Assembly: GCA_965197725.1 (NCBI GenBank) | Contig: CBDANQ010000054.1 | Location: forward strand, 1 to 64,000 | Source: Longimicrobiales bacterium | GTDB taxonomy: Bacteria; Gemmatimonadota; Gemmatimonadetes; Longimicrobiales; Gaopeijiaceae | Length of the DNA stretch: 64,000 nt | Direction of reading: 5' to 3' | In this document: positions 41,599-51,997 of the stretch, piece after piece | Layout of the letters: each line of letters begins with the position of its first letter | Position numbering within the stretch: the first letter of the stretch is position 1 | Notes under the pieces: model-generated | What the model was told of the DNA's origin: nothing | The model's database searches: none | The model's input: only the letters and a program-made list of their open reading frames with translations | Program-made: the position numbers and the translations under genes

Positions 41599-41678
41599 TA
41601 GGGCCGTACCCACTCCGATAGGGTCGTACCCACTCCGATAGGGTCGTACCCACTCCGATAGGGCCGTACCCACTTCGA
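41599..41678. repeat. 20-bp tandem repeat x4
   Basis: TAGGG(C/T)CGTACCCACT(C/T)CGA four times with no spacers. Confidence 0.95.
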
Positions 41679-41867
41679 GCAGCGCGGACGCCATGGCGTG
41701 AGGGCGGCGCCCTCCCGGAGTGGCGCCGCGACGGCCTGCCTGTGAGCGCAGAAGAGCCTGAGCGCGACCGTGGATGGCGGCCGTACTTCTCCGCTACCGT
41801 ACTCAACACGTCGTATGTGCGGCGTAAACGCAACGCTCATTGACCCCGCCGACAACAAAACCCTACA

Positions 41868-42185
41868 TTGGCGAGTGACCCCCCAGTGAATGCTCGCTCT
41901 TGCACCCGGGGGCACTTCCGTGGCTACGATCTCCTTGAAGGACCGGACCGATTTCCTGGTACGTGCGGCCCGGCAGGAACCGCGGTGGTCACGAGTGCCG
42001 ACGCGAAGACGTTCTGTGGCAACACCGTCTCCGGCAACGGAGTCATGGTCGGCGCGGCGCTCTCCTTGCGACCCATCGGTGATGAACTGGGCTTGAATCT
42101 CGACTACTCGTGGAACCGTTTCGGCCCGGACGAGGCGCGTCAGTTCCACGCGCTGACACTCGGTTTCCGGTGGACGCCCGGGTAG
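41868..42185 (+). pseudogene. Possible OM barrel C-terminal fragment
   Basis: LGLNLDYSWNRF..HALTLGFRW alternating beta-strand pattern; no clear start. Confidence 0.3.
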
Positions 42186-42278
42186 CCGCCGCGCTAGACG
42201 GGTTCTTTCCAGGTGCCAGTGTTTTGGCGATCATCGGGAGAAGTGAACGAGTGATGTGACTCTTGATGGGGCAACGCC

Positions 42279-43187
42279 GTGATCGATGCGCTGATTGGGC
42301 GCACGCCGGTGGTTAGGCTGGAGCGGGTCGTCGAGCCCGACTCCGCCGAGGTTTGGGTCAAGCTGGAGGGCATGAACCCCGGCAGCTCCATCAAGGATCG
42401 GCCGGCGCTCGCGATGGTCCTCGACGCGGAAGAGAAGGGACTCCTCTCCCCCGGTGCCACGATCGTGGAGCCCACGTCCGGCAACACGGGCATTGGCTTG
42501 GCACAGGTCGCCGCCGCGCGAGGATATAAGCTCGTCCTGTGCCTTCCGTCCTCGATGAGCACGGAGCGCAAGCGCACGCTTGGTGCCTACGGTGCCGAGC
42601 TCGTGCTCACCGATCCGGAGCTGCGCATGATCGCCGCGATCGAGGAGGCGGAGCGGATCCATGACGAGACGGGAGCGTTCCTACCGAACCAGTTTTCCAA
42701 CCCAGCCAATCCGAGAAGCCACTACGAGACCACCGCCCCTGAGCTCTGGGAAGGGCTGGACGGACGGATCGATGCCTTCGTCTACGGAAGCGGTACCGGA
42801 GGCACGATCTCAGGCGTCGGAAAGTTCCTGAAGGAGCGCCTCGATGACGTGCTGATCGTCGTTGTCGAGCCTGCGAGGAGCGCGGTCATTTCCGGAGAGC
42901 CCCGCGGCCAGCACAAGTTCCAAGGAATGGGGCCCGGATTCATCCCGCTGAACCTCGACGAGACCGTCACCGATCGGGTCGAGAAGGCCCTCGAGGAGGA
43001 CGCCTTCCCCCTGGCTCGTCGACTGGCGCTCGAGGAAGGGCTCTTCGTGGGAATGAGCAGCGGCGCTATCATCTGGACAGCGCTGAAGATCGCGCGCGAG
43101 TTGGGACCGGGGCACCGCGTCGCATGCATCGCGCCGGACTCGGGGAGCCGGTATTTGACGACGGAGTTGTTTGACGACGATCAATAG
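42279..43187 (+). CDS. cysK: Cysteine synthase A
   Basis: IGRTPVV, SIKDR, EPTSGNTG, GSGTGGT, GMSSG. Confidence 0.93.
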   Translation: MIDALIGRTPVVRLERVVEPDSAEVWVKLEGMNPGSSIKDRPALAMVLDAEEKGLLSPGATIVEPTSGNTGIGLAQVAAARGYKLVLCLPSSMSTERKRTLGAYGAELVLTDPELRMIAAIEEAERIHDETGAFLPNQFSNPANPRSHYETTAPELWEGLDGRIDAFVYGSGTGGTISGVGKFLKERLDDVLIVVVEPARSAVISGEPRGQHKFQGMGPGFIPLNLDETVTDRVEKALEEDAFPLARRLALEEGLFVGMSSGAIIWTALKIARELGPGHRVACIAPDSGSRYLTTELFDDDQ

Positions 43188-43189
43188 GG

Positions 43190-43217
43190 TTGCAGAATAG
43201 AAATGCATTTCTAATAT
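43190..43217 (+). promoter_or_regulatory. Sigma70-like promoter with a perfect 16-bp palindrome
   Basis: TTGCAG-N16-TAATAT overlapping TAGAAATGCATTTCTA (43198-43213). Confidence 0.55.
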
Positions 43218-43361
43218 GCGGAACGTGTCGGAAAGCGGATCGTAGCGGAGTCTGCGCCTAGCGTTGGCGCACGCGACGCTCACGATCCATGTTGCTAGGA
43301 TCGCAGGCTGCGGCGGCGCCGTGGCCACGTCGAAAGAACGGCTGTTTGCCAGGGAGATACC

Positions 43362-44513
43362 ATGTCATCGCCACGAGTCCTGATGTTCACGCTTTTCGCA
43401 TGCGGTGCCACGCTAGTGACGGGGTGCGCCACCGAGTCCGGGGCACCGGCGGCCATGGCCGCGGGCAACACGATCACCGGTGAGGGGCTGCCGAACCCGA
43501 ATCCGACCGTGATAGAGAACTGGGGCGAGCTGCCCGAAGGAAGGGAGTGGGGCTCGACCGCCGGGATCGACATCGACCCGTTCGACGGCCACATCTGGGC
43601 CTACGAGCGGTGCGGCGCCAGCAGCTTCGGCTCAGGCACGCCGGTCAACTGCGACAACAACCCCGTGGACCCGGTCTTCAAGTTTGATCGGAACACCGGG
43701 GAGGTGCTCGCAAACTTCGGCGCGGGACTCTTCGTGACACCGCACGGAATCCATGTGGACAGCGACGGCAACGTGTGGGTGACCGACTTCGCGGTGAACC
43801 AGGCCGGGACCAAGGGCCATCAGGTCTTCAAGTTCAGTCCCACAGGCGAGGTTCTACTGACGCTCGGCACCGCGGGCCAGGGCGGAAGCGGGCCGAACCA
43901 GCTGAACCAGCCGAACGACGTGATCACCGCGCCGGACGGAAGTATCTTCGTCGGCGATGGGCACAGCGGTCAGGGCATGACCACCAGACAGGCTATGGAA
44001 GCCGGACGTGAATCGGGCCGGACCGGTCGCATCCTCAAGTACTCAGCCGACGGCACGTTCATCAAAGAGTGGGGCCAAATCGGCACGCTGCACGGAGAGT
44101 TTCGCACGCCGCACGCGTTGGCGTTCGACTCGCAAGGCCGCCTCTTGGTCGCGGATCGTGGCAACCACCGCATCGAGATCTTCGACCAGGAAGGCAACTA
44201 CCTCGACTCGCGGTATGCGTACGGGCGCATCAGCGGGCTCTTCATCACCGAGGACGACATTCTGTACGCGATCGACTCCGAGTCGAGCATGACCAGCCAT
44301 CAGAATTGGGTGAATGGAGTCCGCATCGGACACATCGATGAGGATCGGATCACGGCGTTCATCCCGCCGTTCCCCGCGGACAACCGGCCCTATCAGGGAG
44401 CGGCCGGCGAGGGCGTGGCAGTCGACGCGGACGGGAATGTGTTCGCCGCGGAGGGCCCGAATTCGCTGCGGTTTGCGGGAGGGGCACTGACGAAGTACGT
44501 GGCAGGAAGGTGA
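43362..44513 (+). CDS. NHL-repeat lipoprotein (peptidyl-alpha-hydroxyglycine lyase-like)
   Basis: LVTGC lipobox; PHGIHVDSDGNVWVTD, NQPNDV, PHALAFD..VADRGNHRI. Confidence 0.85.
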   Translation: MSSPRVLMFTLFACGATLVTGCATESGAPAAMAAGNTITGEGLPNPNPTVIENWGELPEGREWGSTAGIDIDPFDGHIWAYERCGASSFGSGTPVNCDNNPVDPVFKFDRNTGEVLANFGAGLFVTPHGIHVDSDGNVWVTDFAVNQAGTKGHQVFKFSPTGEVLLTLGTAGQGGSGPNQLNQPNDVITAPDGSIFVGDGHSGQGMTTRQAMEAGRESGRTGRILKYSADGTFIKEWGQIGTLHGEFRTPHALAFDSQGRLLVADRGNHRIEIFDQEGNYLDSRYAYGRISGLFITEDDILYAIDSESSMTSHQNWVNGVRIGHIDEDRITAFIPPFPADNRPYQGAAGEGVAVDADGNVFAAEGPNSLRFAGGALTKYVAGR

Positions 44514-44689
44514 GCCTGGGGGCGGTGGTTTAGCCCGCGATTCGCCAGGGCCGACAGCGTACAACGGAGCCCATCCCCCGACCCTGGCACACACGAGACA
44601 GACCGTCTACTTTGCTCGTGCGCGATGTCGCGTACCTCGAAGCTATGTCCCACCGCAGCGTCGCGGATGTCGTCAAGGAGCACGACTCG

Positions 44690-45301
44690 ATGCCAGACGA
44701 ACGCATCGTCCGACTGATCACGACGCTCGCTGGACTGTTCGCCCTTCTGACGCTCGCGGCGGCGGATGTGACCGCCCAGCGGACTGACCGCTCCTTCCGA
44801 GCTGTCCTTTCCGTCGTACCGCTGACCGGCCCCCCGGGCACGCAGATCTCGGTCAGCTCACAGAACCTCCCATACACCGCACAAGTGCAGATTGCGGTCG
44901 GGAGGCTCCGCGCGGGATTCGAGACGGTCGGACAAGCAGCCCGGGGAGAGTTGGGAGAAATCAGCACGTCTGTCCAGATCCCGGCGGACGCGATCTGGGA
45001 CCGGCCACTGTACGTGGTCGCGCTTAACGACATGTTCATGCCGATCGGCACCTCCGATCCGTTCCACGTCACGGACGCCAACGGCATGATTAGGCGCAGG
45101 GGGCGAGTCACGGACGAGGGAGGATCGTGTCTCACCCTGCGAGACCAGGATGATCTGCTTTATTCTCTCACCGGCGAGCTCGGGACCCTCCGACCCGGCG
45201 ACGAGGTGGTGGTGGACGGTACGTACGCGGGAGCGAGCAGCTGTCGGGACGGCAGCACCATCGGGGTAACGCGCACCGTGGCGAGGGAATCCGCCAGGTA
45301 G
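44690..45301 (+). CDS. Secreted hypothetical protein
   Basis: Signal peptide; GPPGT Ig-like region; C-terminal domain with a Cys pair. Confidence 0.6.
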   Translation: MPDERIVRLITTLAGLFALLTLAAADVTAQRTDRSFRAVLSVVPLTGPPGTQISVSSQNLPYTAQVQIAVGRLRAGFETVGQAARGELGEISTSVQIPADAIWDRPLYVVALNDMFMPIGTSDPFHVTDANGMIRRRGRVTDEGGSCLTLRDQDDLLYSLTGELGTLRPGDEVVVDGTYAGASSCRDGSTIGVTRTVARESAR

Positions 45302-45404
45302 TTGGCGAGCGCACCGCGATCGCCCTGCCTCCGGCCACGATGTCGGCGCACTATCGGGGGAGTTCGAGGGTGGATGGACTCGGGACTCAACTCGCGGACC
45401 GCTG

Positions 45405-45905
45405 ATGGCCAAGAAAGCCTCGTTCGACATCACCACCGGCGTCGATCTGCAGGAGGTCGACAACGCCGTGAACATGGTGAGCAAGGAGATCGCGACGCGA
45501 TACGACTTCAAGGGCGCGAGCTGCACCCTCGAGTTCGATCGAGCCGCCGCGGCGGTCCGGCTCGATGCCGACGACGCACACCGGATGCAGGCTCTGCTGG
45601 GAGTGCTCCGCGAGAAGCTCGCGAGCCGCAAGGTGCCGTTGAAGAACATAGACGAGGGCAAGATCGACATGGGGTCGCTCGGCCGCGCGCGCGTGACCGT
45701 GGGGCTCAAGCAGGGGATCGATCACGAGACCGCGAAGAAGATCTCAAGGGACATCCGAGACCACGGATTCAAAAAGGTCCAGGTCTCGATTCAGGGTGAC
45801 GAGCTCCGCGTGACCTCGGGCTCCCGCGATACGCTGCAGGAGGTGATGGCGTTCGTTCGCGGTATGGACTACCGCATGGAGCTGTCGTTCGGGAACTATC
45901 GCTAG
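45405..45905 (+). CDS. yajQ: YajQ-family nucleotide/c-di-GMP-binding protein
   Basis: SFDI..DLQEVDNAVN..RYDFKG..QGI..IQGDELRV..FGNYR. Confidence 0.95.
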   Translation: MAKKASFDITTGVDLQEVDNAVNMVSKEIATRYDFKGASCTLEFDRAAAAVRLDADDAHRMQALLGVLREKLASRKVPLKNIDEGKIDMGSLGRARVTVGLKQGIDHETAKKISRDIRDHGFKKVQVSIQGDELRVTSGSRDTLQEVMAFVRGMDYRMELSFGNYR

Positions 45906-45929
45906 CGCCCCGAACCCGGTAGCGCCCGG

Positions 45930-47450
45930 CTATTGGCCGTCTACTGGTGACACGGCCTCCATCAGCATCTCAAAGGCTGCGTTGAGTGCGCGTCCGCCGG
46001 CACGACTCCCGCTGTACTTGCCCAGACGCACAACCACCAGGGCGTGCGTCGGAATGATGGTCGTGCTCTGGCCACCCGCGCCACGCATGCCGAAGGCACT
46101 CGTCGGGAGCGGCCAGCCTCCATCGCCGTTCACCCACATGAACGCGCCTCCGTACCGAGGCCTTCCGTCTGCGACCCAGCTAGGCGCGAGCGTGCGAGCA
46201 TACTCCACGTATCCGTCAGGCAAAATGCGCTGTCCGTTCCACATGCCATCCTGTAGATACAGGTTCGCTAGCCGCGCCCAATCGCGAGCCGGCAAGTACT
46301 CGTAGCCATGGGCCAGGAAGTTGCCGTAGGGATCGGTCTCCAGGATCGCGTCGCGGATTCCGATCTTGTCGAAGAGGTTGCGCTGCGGGAACGAGTGGTA
46401 GTCCTCCCGCCGACCTTCGACGGCCAAACGGATCAGGTAGTTGGTCAACACCGGATCACTGTTTCGGTACCGCCCCACCGTATTCGGCTCCCACTCCTGT
46501 GGTCGCGTCGCGGCCCACGCGAAGGAGTTCACCGTCCCGGTGTAGAAGTACACGTGGTCGGGATACCCGAGCGCTGCGTCGAAGTCTGGGTCCTGCGGCG
46601 CCCGGATGCGCAGGCCGGACGACATGCGCATGATGTCGCCGATCCGGATCGTCCGGCGCGGATCGCCTTCGGACTGCCACTCGGGGACCGGTGCGGACTG
46701 CCACAGTTCGTAGACGCCCTGCTGAATGAGCACACCCATCAGCGAGCCGGTCAGACTCTTGCCCATCGACCAGCTCTCGAGCGGGGTGTGGATGTCGACC
46801 CCCTCGCCGTAGCGCTCCCCGAGGATGCGGCCTTTGTAGGTTACGACGAGACCGAGCGTCATCGCCTCCACAGGTCCGAACGCGGTGTCCAGCGCTTGGT
46901 CGATCTTCGCCATGTCGACTTCGTCCGGCCACGGCTCGTCGGAGATCATGTCGCCCATGGGCCACGACGTGGTCGCGGCTGGTGGAAGCTTCCGCGCTAC
47001 GTCGGTCGGAGTGAAGTGGACCGAGTCCTCACCGATCGGCGACGTCACGCAGCCCTGGTTCTTGTACTTCTTCGCGGTGCGGGTGACGCCGTCGGGAAGA
47101 GTGAGCGAGACGCGCTGCGACGAGAAGTCGACGACCGTGTCGACCACGTGCGCCCGCTCACTGAACGGGCTCGTAAAACCACCCACGTTGGCCGCCACGT
47201 CTGCCGGATAGAGCCCCGTGATGAAGACGCCGGAGCAGAGAATCTTCGCGAAGCCGGACGTGTGGTGGTGCAGGGCCTCTCCGGGCGGAGGACTGTACTC
47301 GGTGTCGAGCTCGAGTGCCGTGGCGCGGGCGATCAGTCCCGCAGCGGACCCATCCGAAACCGGAATCTCTGGCGCGTCCGCCGAGTCGCAAGCCGCCGAG
47401 AAACAAACGGTAAATGCGGCCAGCGTCGCGGCCACATGTGAGTGGTGCAA
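45930..47450 (-). CDS. Serine hydrolase, beta-lactamase/AmpC family
   Basis: SWSMGK (SxxK), YRN, ARDWARL; RBS AAAGGAGG before TTG 47450. Confidence 0.88.
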   Translation of the reverse strand: MHHSHVAATLAAFTVCFSAACDSADAPEIPVSDGSAAGLIARATALELDTEYSPPPGEALHHHTSGFAKILCSGVFITGLYPADVAANVGGFTSPFSERAHVVDTVVDFSSQRVSLTLPDGVTRTAKKYKNQGCVTSPIGEDSVHFTPTDVARKLPPAATTSWPMGDMISDEPWPDEVDMAKIDQALDTAFGPVEAMTLGLVVTYKGRILGERYGEGVDIHTPLESWSMGKSLTGSLMGVLIQQGVYELWQSAPVPEWQSEGDPRRTIRIGDIMRMSSGLRIRAPQDPDFDAALGYPDHVYFYTGTVNSFAWAATRPQEWEPNTVGRYRNSDPVLTNYLIRLAVEGRREDYHSFPQRNLFDKIGIRDAILETDPYGNFLAHGYEYLPARDWARLANLYLQDGMWNGQRILPDGYVEYARTLAPSWVADGRPRYGGAFMWVNGDGGWPLPTSAFGMRGAGGQSTTIIPTHALVVVRLGKYSGSRAGGRALNAAFEMLMEAVSPVDGQ

Positions 47451-48144
47451 CTGGATCCTCCTTTCGTGACGGCTCGACCCGGCAACCTGGGTCGCTCCGC
47501 TGAGCCGGGCAAGCCCGGAGCCATTGAGCCTCTCGGACGACGCCCGCGCCCCGGGTGACGTCGGCCACGGCGCCTCGAAACGTGTCGAGTGCGGAGGCCG
47601 GGACACCACACGAGTACCGTACCTCCGCTCCGTACTCCTCGGCTTCAACCGTGACGTCCGACTCTTCCATCAGCCGCCGTAGCCCATCGACGTCCGCGTA
47701 GGTGACGGTTACCTCCACGAAGACTCGCTCCATCTTGTGCTCGACGGGCATAGAATCCAACAACAGCTTCACCCCGCCTGAGTAGGCCCTGGAGAGCCCC
47801 CCGGTGCCGAGCTTCACGCCTCCGAAATGGCGCGTGCCCACCGCGACGATCTCGCCAATGCCTCCGTGAAGGAGCGCCGTGAGCATGGGACGCCCGCCCG
47901 TGCCGTGTGGCTCACCGTCGTCGCTCATGGCGACGTGGGCCGTGCTGCCGGGAGGACCGGCGACCAAGGCCCAACAGTTGTGGGTAGCGTCTGGAAAGTC
48001 GTCGCGGACACGCTGGATGAAGGCGTGCGCAGCGTCCGCGTCGGGAGCATGCGCGCCGGACGTGATGAAGCGGCTCCTCTGGATCGTGTGCTCGACGCGG
48101 TGGACCCGCGCCGGGATCGCATGTCGAGAGGAGTCGGGCGCCAA
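47158..48144 (-). CDS. yigZ: YigZ/IMPACT-family protein (homology ends near 47525; frame runs on into the next gene)
   Basis: SRFI, ATHNCWA, SDDGEP, GGVKLGTGGL.RAY. Confidence 0.8.
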   Translation of the reverse strand: MAPDSSRHAIPARVHRVEHTIQRSRFITSGAHAPDADAAHAFIQRVRDDFPDATHNCWALVAGPPGSTAHVAMSDDGEPHGTGGRPMLTALLHGGIGEIVAVGTRHFGGVKLGTGGLSRAYSGGVKLLLDSMPVEHKMERVFVEVTVTYADVDGLRRLMEESDVTVEAEEYGAEVRYSCGVPASALDTFRGAVADVTRGAGVVREAQWLRACPAQRSDPGCRVEPSRKEDPVAPLTCGRDAGRIYRLFLGGLRLGGRARDSGFGWVRCGTDRPRHGTRARHRVQSSARRGPAPPHVRLREDSLLRRLHHGALSGRRGGQRGWFYEPVQ

Positions 48145-48172
48145 CGCTATCCACCAGGTCGCGCGGGGCGGC

Positions 48173-48958
48173 TCACCCCGCCGACATGCGGTCGAGGAAT
48201 TGGCGTTCCGAGGCGGTGAGGCTCGCCGCTCCATCGCCGTCGACCTTGCTCAGCAGGCGCACGACCTCTTCACGGTTCAGCTCGTGCAGCGCGTCGACTG
48301 AGATGCCTCTCCATCGGGTCGCCGCGAGCCGGTCACCCACCATGCCCGTGGCCGTGGCGTTCGGGTTGAGCTTCGTCTGGAAGGCGCGCTGCGCCGCCCC
48401 CTTGTTCCACTCCCACCACTTCAGGAACGCGAATGCGAAGACGAGGCCACCGAGGTGGGCGAAGTGCGCCGTGTTCGACCCCGCCGCCGGGTTGATGCCC
48501 GAGTAGAGCGATGCGATTACGAGGATGGTGGCGAACAACCACGCCTCCACGGGCAGTATCATCCACAGGTAGATCTTCTCCCGCGGCCAGTACATGGCGA
48601 AGCCGAGCAGGACTCCGTACACGGCGCCCGACGCGCCCAGCACCGCAGCCAGGGGCGAAAAGATCATGCTGAGCAGCGCCCCCCCGATCCCGGAGAGGAA
48701 ATAGAGCCAAAGAAACGGTTTGGCTCCGAGCCGGTTCTCGAGACGCGGCCCGAAGAAGTACAGACCGATCATGTTGAAGATCAGATGGCCCATGCCGGCG
48801 TGCAGGAACATGTACGTCATCAACGACCACGGCCGGATCAGCAGCTCCGGCGCGTACAGGATCATGAGCCGGTTCAACACAGACCCTGACGGCGCCAGGA
48901 AGCCCAACGCGATGTTCGCGATGAGAAGGCGCTTCACCCACGTCGTCATTGGCATCAT
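48173..48958 (-). CDS. Rhomboid intramembrane serine protease
   Basis: TYMFLH..HLIFNM, GASG, AHLGG. Confidence 0.92.
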   Translation of the reverse strand: MMPMTTWVKRLLIANIALGFLAPSGSVLNRLMILYAPELLIRPWSLMTYMFLHAGMGHLIFNMIGLYFFGPRLENRLGAKPFLWLYFLSGIGGALLSMIFSPLAAVLGASGAVYGVLLGFAMYWPREKIYLWMILPVEAWLFATILVIASLYSGINPAAGSNTAHFAHLGGLVFAFAFLKWWEWNKGAAQRAFQTKLNPNATATGMVGDRLAATRWRGISVDALHELNREEVVRLLSKVDGDGAASLTASERQFLDRMSAG

Positions 48959-48985
48959 GCGACCCTCTACCCCACCCGACCCTCA

Positions 48986-49094
48986 AAGAGTTTCATTCGC
49001 CGAGTTCCCGTCACCGTCACCCTCACACTGAGCCCTAAGCAAGAGTTTCATTCGCCGAGTTCCCGTCACCGTCACCCTCACACTGAGCCCTAGC
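48986..49094. repeat. 55-bp tandem duplication
   Basis: AAGAGTTTCATTCGCCGAGTTCCCGTCACCGTCACCCTCACACTGAGCCCTA at 48986 and 49041. Confidence 0.95.
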
Positions 49095-49290
49095 AGCGGA
49101 TAGTGGCTGCTTCTCGTCCTTCTGAGCGTCCAGTTCGTCTTCGTCGTCATCATCCCATTCGTCATCATCCCAATCGTCATCGTCCCCAGTCTTCGTCGTC
49201 CTCCCAATCTTCGCCGTCGTCGGTCCGGTCCTCGTCGTCATCGTCATCCGCATCGGGCTTCCCCGGCACGATATGCTCTTTGTAGATCAC
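49035..49290 (-). CDS. Small Asp/Glu/Trp-rich protein (apparent frameshift in a G run near 49185)
   Basis: GTGA overlap with the czcD stop; VIYKEHIVPGKPDADDDDDED..EDWEDDEDW/DDDDWDDDEWDDDDEDE. Confidence 0.45.
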
Positions 49291-50231
49291 CTCGCGCCCT
49301 CCACGGTCGGTATCTGGTACAGCCTGCGCATTTCGATCTGGAAAGTCACGTGATCGATCCCGTGGCTCGCCACGAGCTCTCGAACCTCGTTCAGCACGCG
49401 ACCGTGATCGGTGGGATCATCGATCACGCCGTGCGCTGAGATGGCGACGAAGCCGCTAGTCAGGGTCCACACGTGCACATCGTGTACTTCGTCGAGCCCG
49501 TCGATGCTAGCGAGCGCATCGAGCATGCGGTCCATGTCGATGTGGGCCGGCACCGACTCGAGAAGAACGTCCGTGGCCTCGCGCACGAGCTTCCAAGCGC
49601 TCAACAGGATGAGTAGCGCGATCACCACGGAGATAATCGCGTCCGCGGGCGTCCATCCGGTGGTGAGCACGATGACGCCTGCGGCGATCGCCCCTAGCGA
49701 TCCGAGCAGGTCACCGAGAACGTGCAGGTATGCGCCGCGAACGTTGAGGTTGTCGTGCGCGTGACTGTGCAGGAGCGACGCCCCGATGATGTTCACGCCG
49801 AGCCCGAGCGTCGCGACGCCTAGCATGATGGTCCCGTCGATGGCCACCGGGTCCCGGAGCCGCTGCCACGCCTCGAGCACGATCAGCCCGGCGATCAAGA
49901 GTAGCGTCGCCCCGTTCACGAGAGCGGCGAGGATCTCGAGGCGTACGTATCCGAAGGTGCGCTTGGTGTTCGGTGGACGCTGGGCGATCCGCATTGCGAA
50001 GAGCGACAGAGCCAGCGCCGCCACGTCGGTGAACATGTGGCCCGAATCGGCGAGCAGCGCGAGCGAGCCGGAGATCAGGCCTCCGACGACCTCGGCGATC
50101 ATGAAGAGTGCCGTGATGATCAGGACCCACTTCAGGCGGGCCCTTTCCGTGCCTCGGGAGACCAGGCCGTGATGGTGATCACCGTGTGGGCCGTGGTCGC
50201 CGTGCTCGTGATCGTGGTGTGCGTCACTCAT
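49287..50231 (-). CDS. czcD: Cation diffusion facilitator (CzcD/ZitB)
   Basis: His-rich N-terminus, SLALLADSGHMFTD, YLHVLGD, HDVHVW. Confidence 0.94.
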   Translation of the reverse strand: MSDAHHDHEHGDHGPHGDHHHGLVSRGTERARLKWVLIITALFMIAEVVGGLISGSLALLADSGHMFTDVAALALSLFAMRIAQRPPNTKRTFGYVRLEILAALVNGATLLLIAGLIVLEAWQRLRDPVAIDGTIMLGVATLGLGVNIIGASLLHSHAHDNLNVRGAYLHVLGDLLGSLGAIAAGVIVLTTGWTPADAIISVVIALLILLSAWKLVREATDVLLESVPAHIDMDRMLDALASIDGLDEVHDVHVWTLTSGFVAISAHGVIDDPTDHGRVLNEVRELVASHGIDHVTFQIEMRRLYQIPTVEGAR

Positions 50232-50256
50232 TCCGGTGCCTGTGATGCCTCTCTAG

Positions 50257-51751
50257 CAGTCCGTGGAAGAAATAGGTTCCCAGCGGATGATGGGTGGGAG
50301 AGAAGGCAGACACGCGGGGGCTGTGTTGTTGTGCAAGAAGCGGGTTTTGGGGTCTGACGAGGCGATATTCGGCCCAAGGAAGGCGAAATAGCGCCGAATA
50401 CGGCGGAAAAAGCGCGAGACGCGGGTTGTAACCTGAGTTGCGAGCGCAGCTTGTACGGTAGCGAGGCCCTGTAACGCACGGGGGGTTCCAACCCCGAACC
50501 GCTTGCGCATGAGAAGGCCGAGGTTGAAGGCCGCCGCGTGGATCAACATCCGTTTTCGAATCTCCTCCTGGCCCCGTATGTGGACGCGACGCAGCCCTCC
50601 GGTCACAAGCAAGTGCGCAAACCCCCGCTCCACCTTCTCGCCGCGCTGGCGCAGCAGCCGCATCCCCCGGTTGCCGCGGATCCGGCGGCGGTTGTCGTAG
50701 GTCGGCGTCTGCGCGTCCCGGTTGTTCTTCCATTTCCGGCGCCCGCGGTTGGGCTCGCTCACATAGCTGCGCAGCTCCCGCTCCTTCACGCCCGTCATGG
50801 TCTTGTTCGAGTGGTAGCCTTTGTCGGCCACCACTTCCTCGGGCTCTACCTGCACTACTTCCAGCTGCCGCTCTGCCTCGTCCAGCGTGTTGGGCAGCGA
50901 CGCCACATCTCCCCCGTCCATCGTCTGCACCGTCACCGCCACAAGCGCACCGGTCTCCATGTCGACCGCCTGCTCCAACTTGTGCGCCAGGCGCGTCCTG
51001 CCGTCCTTCATCTTCGTGATCCGCGCCTCCGGGTCGTGCGGATGCACCCAGTCCTTGTTCGAGCCCTTCTTCGGACGCTTCCGGTCCAGCGTCGTCAGAT
51101 CCTTGCGCGTCGGCGTCTCGATCCCCGACGCCCGGGCCACCTGCTGCAGCCATTCATCGTAGCCCAACCCGTCGTCGCGCCGCACGATCGTGCGCATCGC
51201 CGCATTCGCCTCCAGCGTCGTCGAGTCGACGCCCAGCGTCTTGCCGCTCAGCAACCCCGACCCCTTCAGCAGCTCCAGCACCCGCCCGAACACCGCCGCG
51301 TGCGCTTCCACGCTCAGGCGCTTGCGCGTCTTCGACAGGGTCGAATGCTCCGGCGGGTTCTTCGCCCACCCGTATCCCAGAAACTCACGCAACGACAACG
51401 AGTCCCCACACCGCCAGGCAATGCCCCGCTCCGAGCCGATCCCTTCCAGGTAGCCCACCATCATCCTTCGGAAATACACCCCGGGAGCAATCCCCGGCCG
51501 ACCCCGATTGTCCGCGTAGAACTCACGGCATGCCTCTTCCGCGAACTCGTCAAACCCGCTTTTCGCCAGAAGCTCGTTCAAGGCCCGGTAGAACGGGTTG
51601 TCCAAGGCCCGAATCTCGCTCGCCACCACGAACATCTCGCCCTGCCGAGCCTCGGGCCGCTTGCCTACCGCCATCGCCGTCCTCGCTGCAAAAACCCTCG
51701 TGTCCTCCTGATTTAACACAACAGCGATGACCGGACTTTATCCACGGTCTG
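50257..51751 (-). mobile_element. IS1182-like (IS4/IS5 superfamily) element, transposase 50253-51674
   Basis: IRs CAGTCCGTGGA / TCCACGGTCTG; CTAG duplicated at 50253-50256 and 51752-51755; motifs GRPGI.P, VDST, VADKGY, VERGFAH. Confidence 0.88.
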
Positions 51752-51997
51752 CTAGACGTACCGCAGACGTACCGCCAGCTGCTGCCGGAGCCTGCCCCAG
51801 CAGAATGGGGCCGCCGATAATGTTGCCGAGAATAACGGCCATCGCCAAGGTGAGGACGCCCGCTACCGGCGCCATGGGCTCATCGACAGGGAGTGCAGAC
51901 AAGGAACACAGAACGAAGAACGAAGGAGGCCTAGTGGAACAATAGCCCAGCATGCATACCTTTCCTGTACCCCGAGGCTCTCGACCTCCCCACACCC

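Noticed and set aside
41599..41678. CRISPR or guide-RNA array
   Set aside because: The repeats are head-to-tail with no unique spacers, and no cas or nuclease gene is nearby.
48986..49094. CRISPR repeat pair or att site
   Set aside because: There are only two adjacent copies, with no spacer and no integrase.
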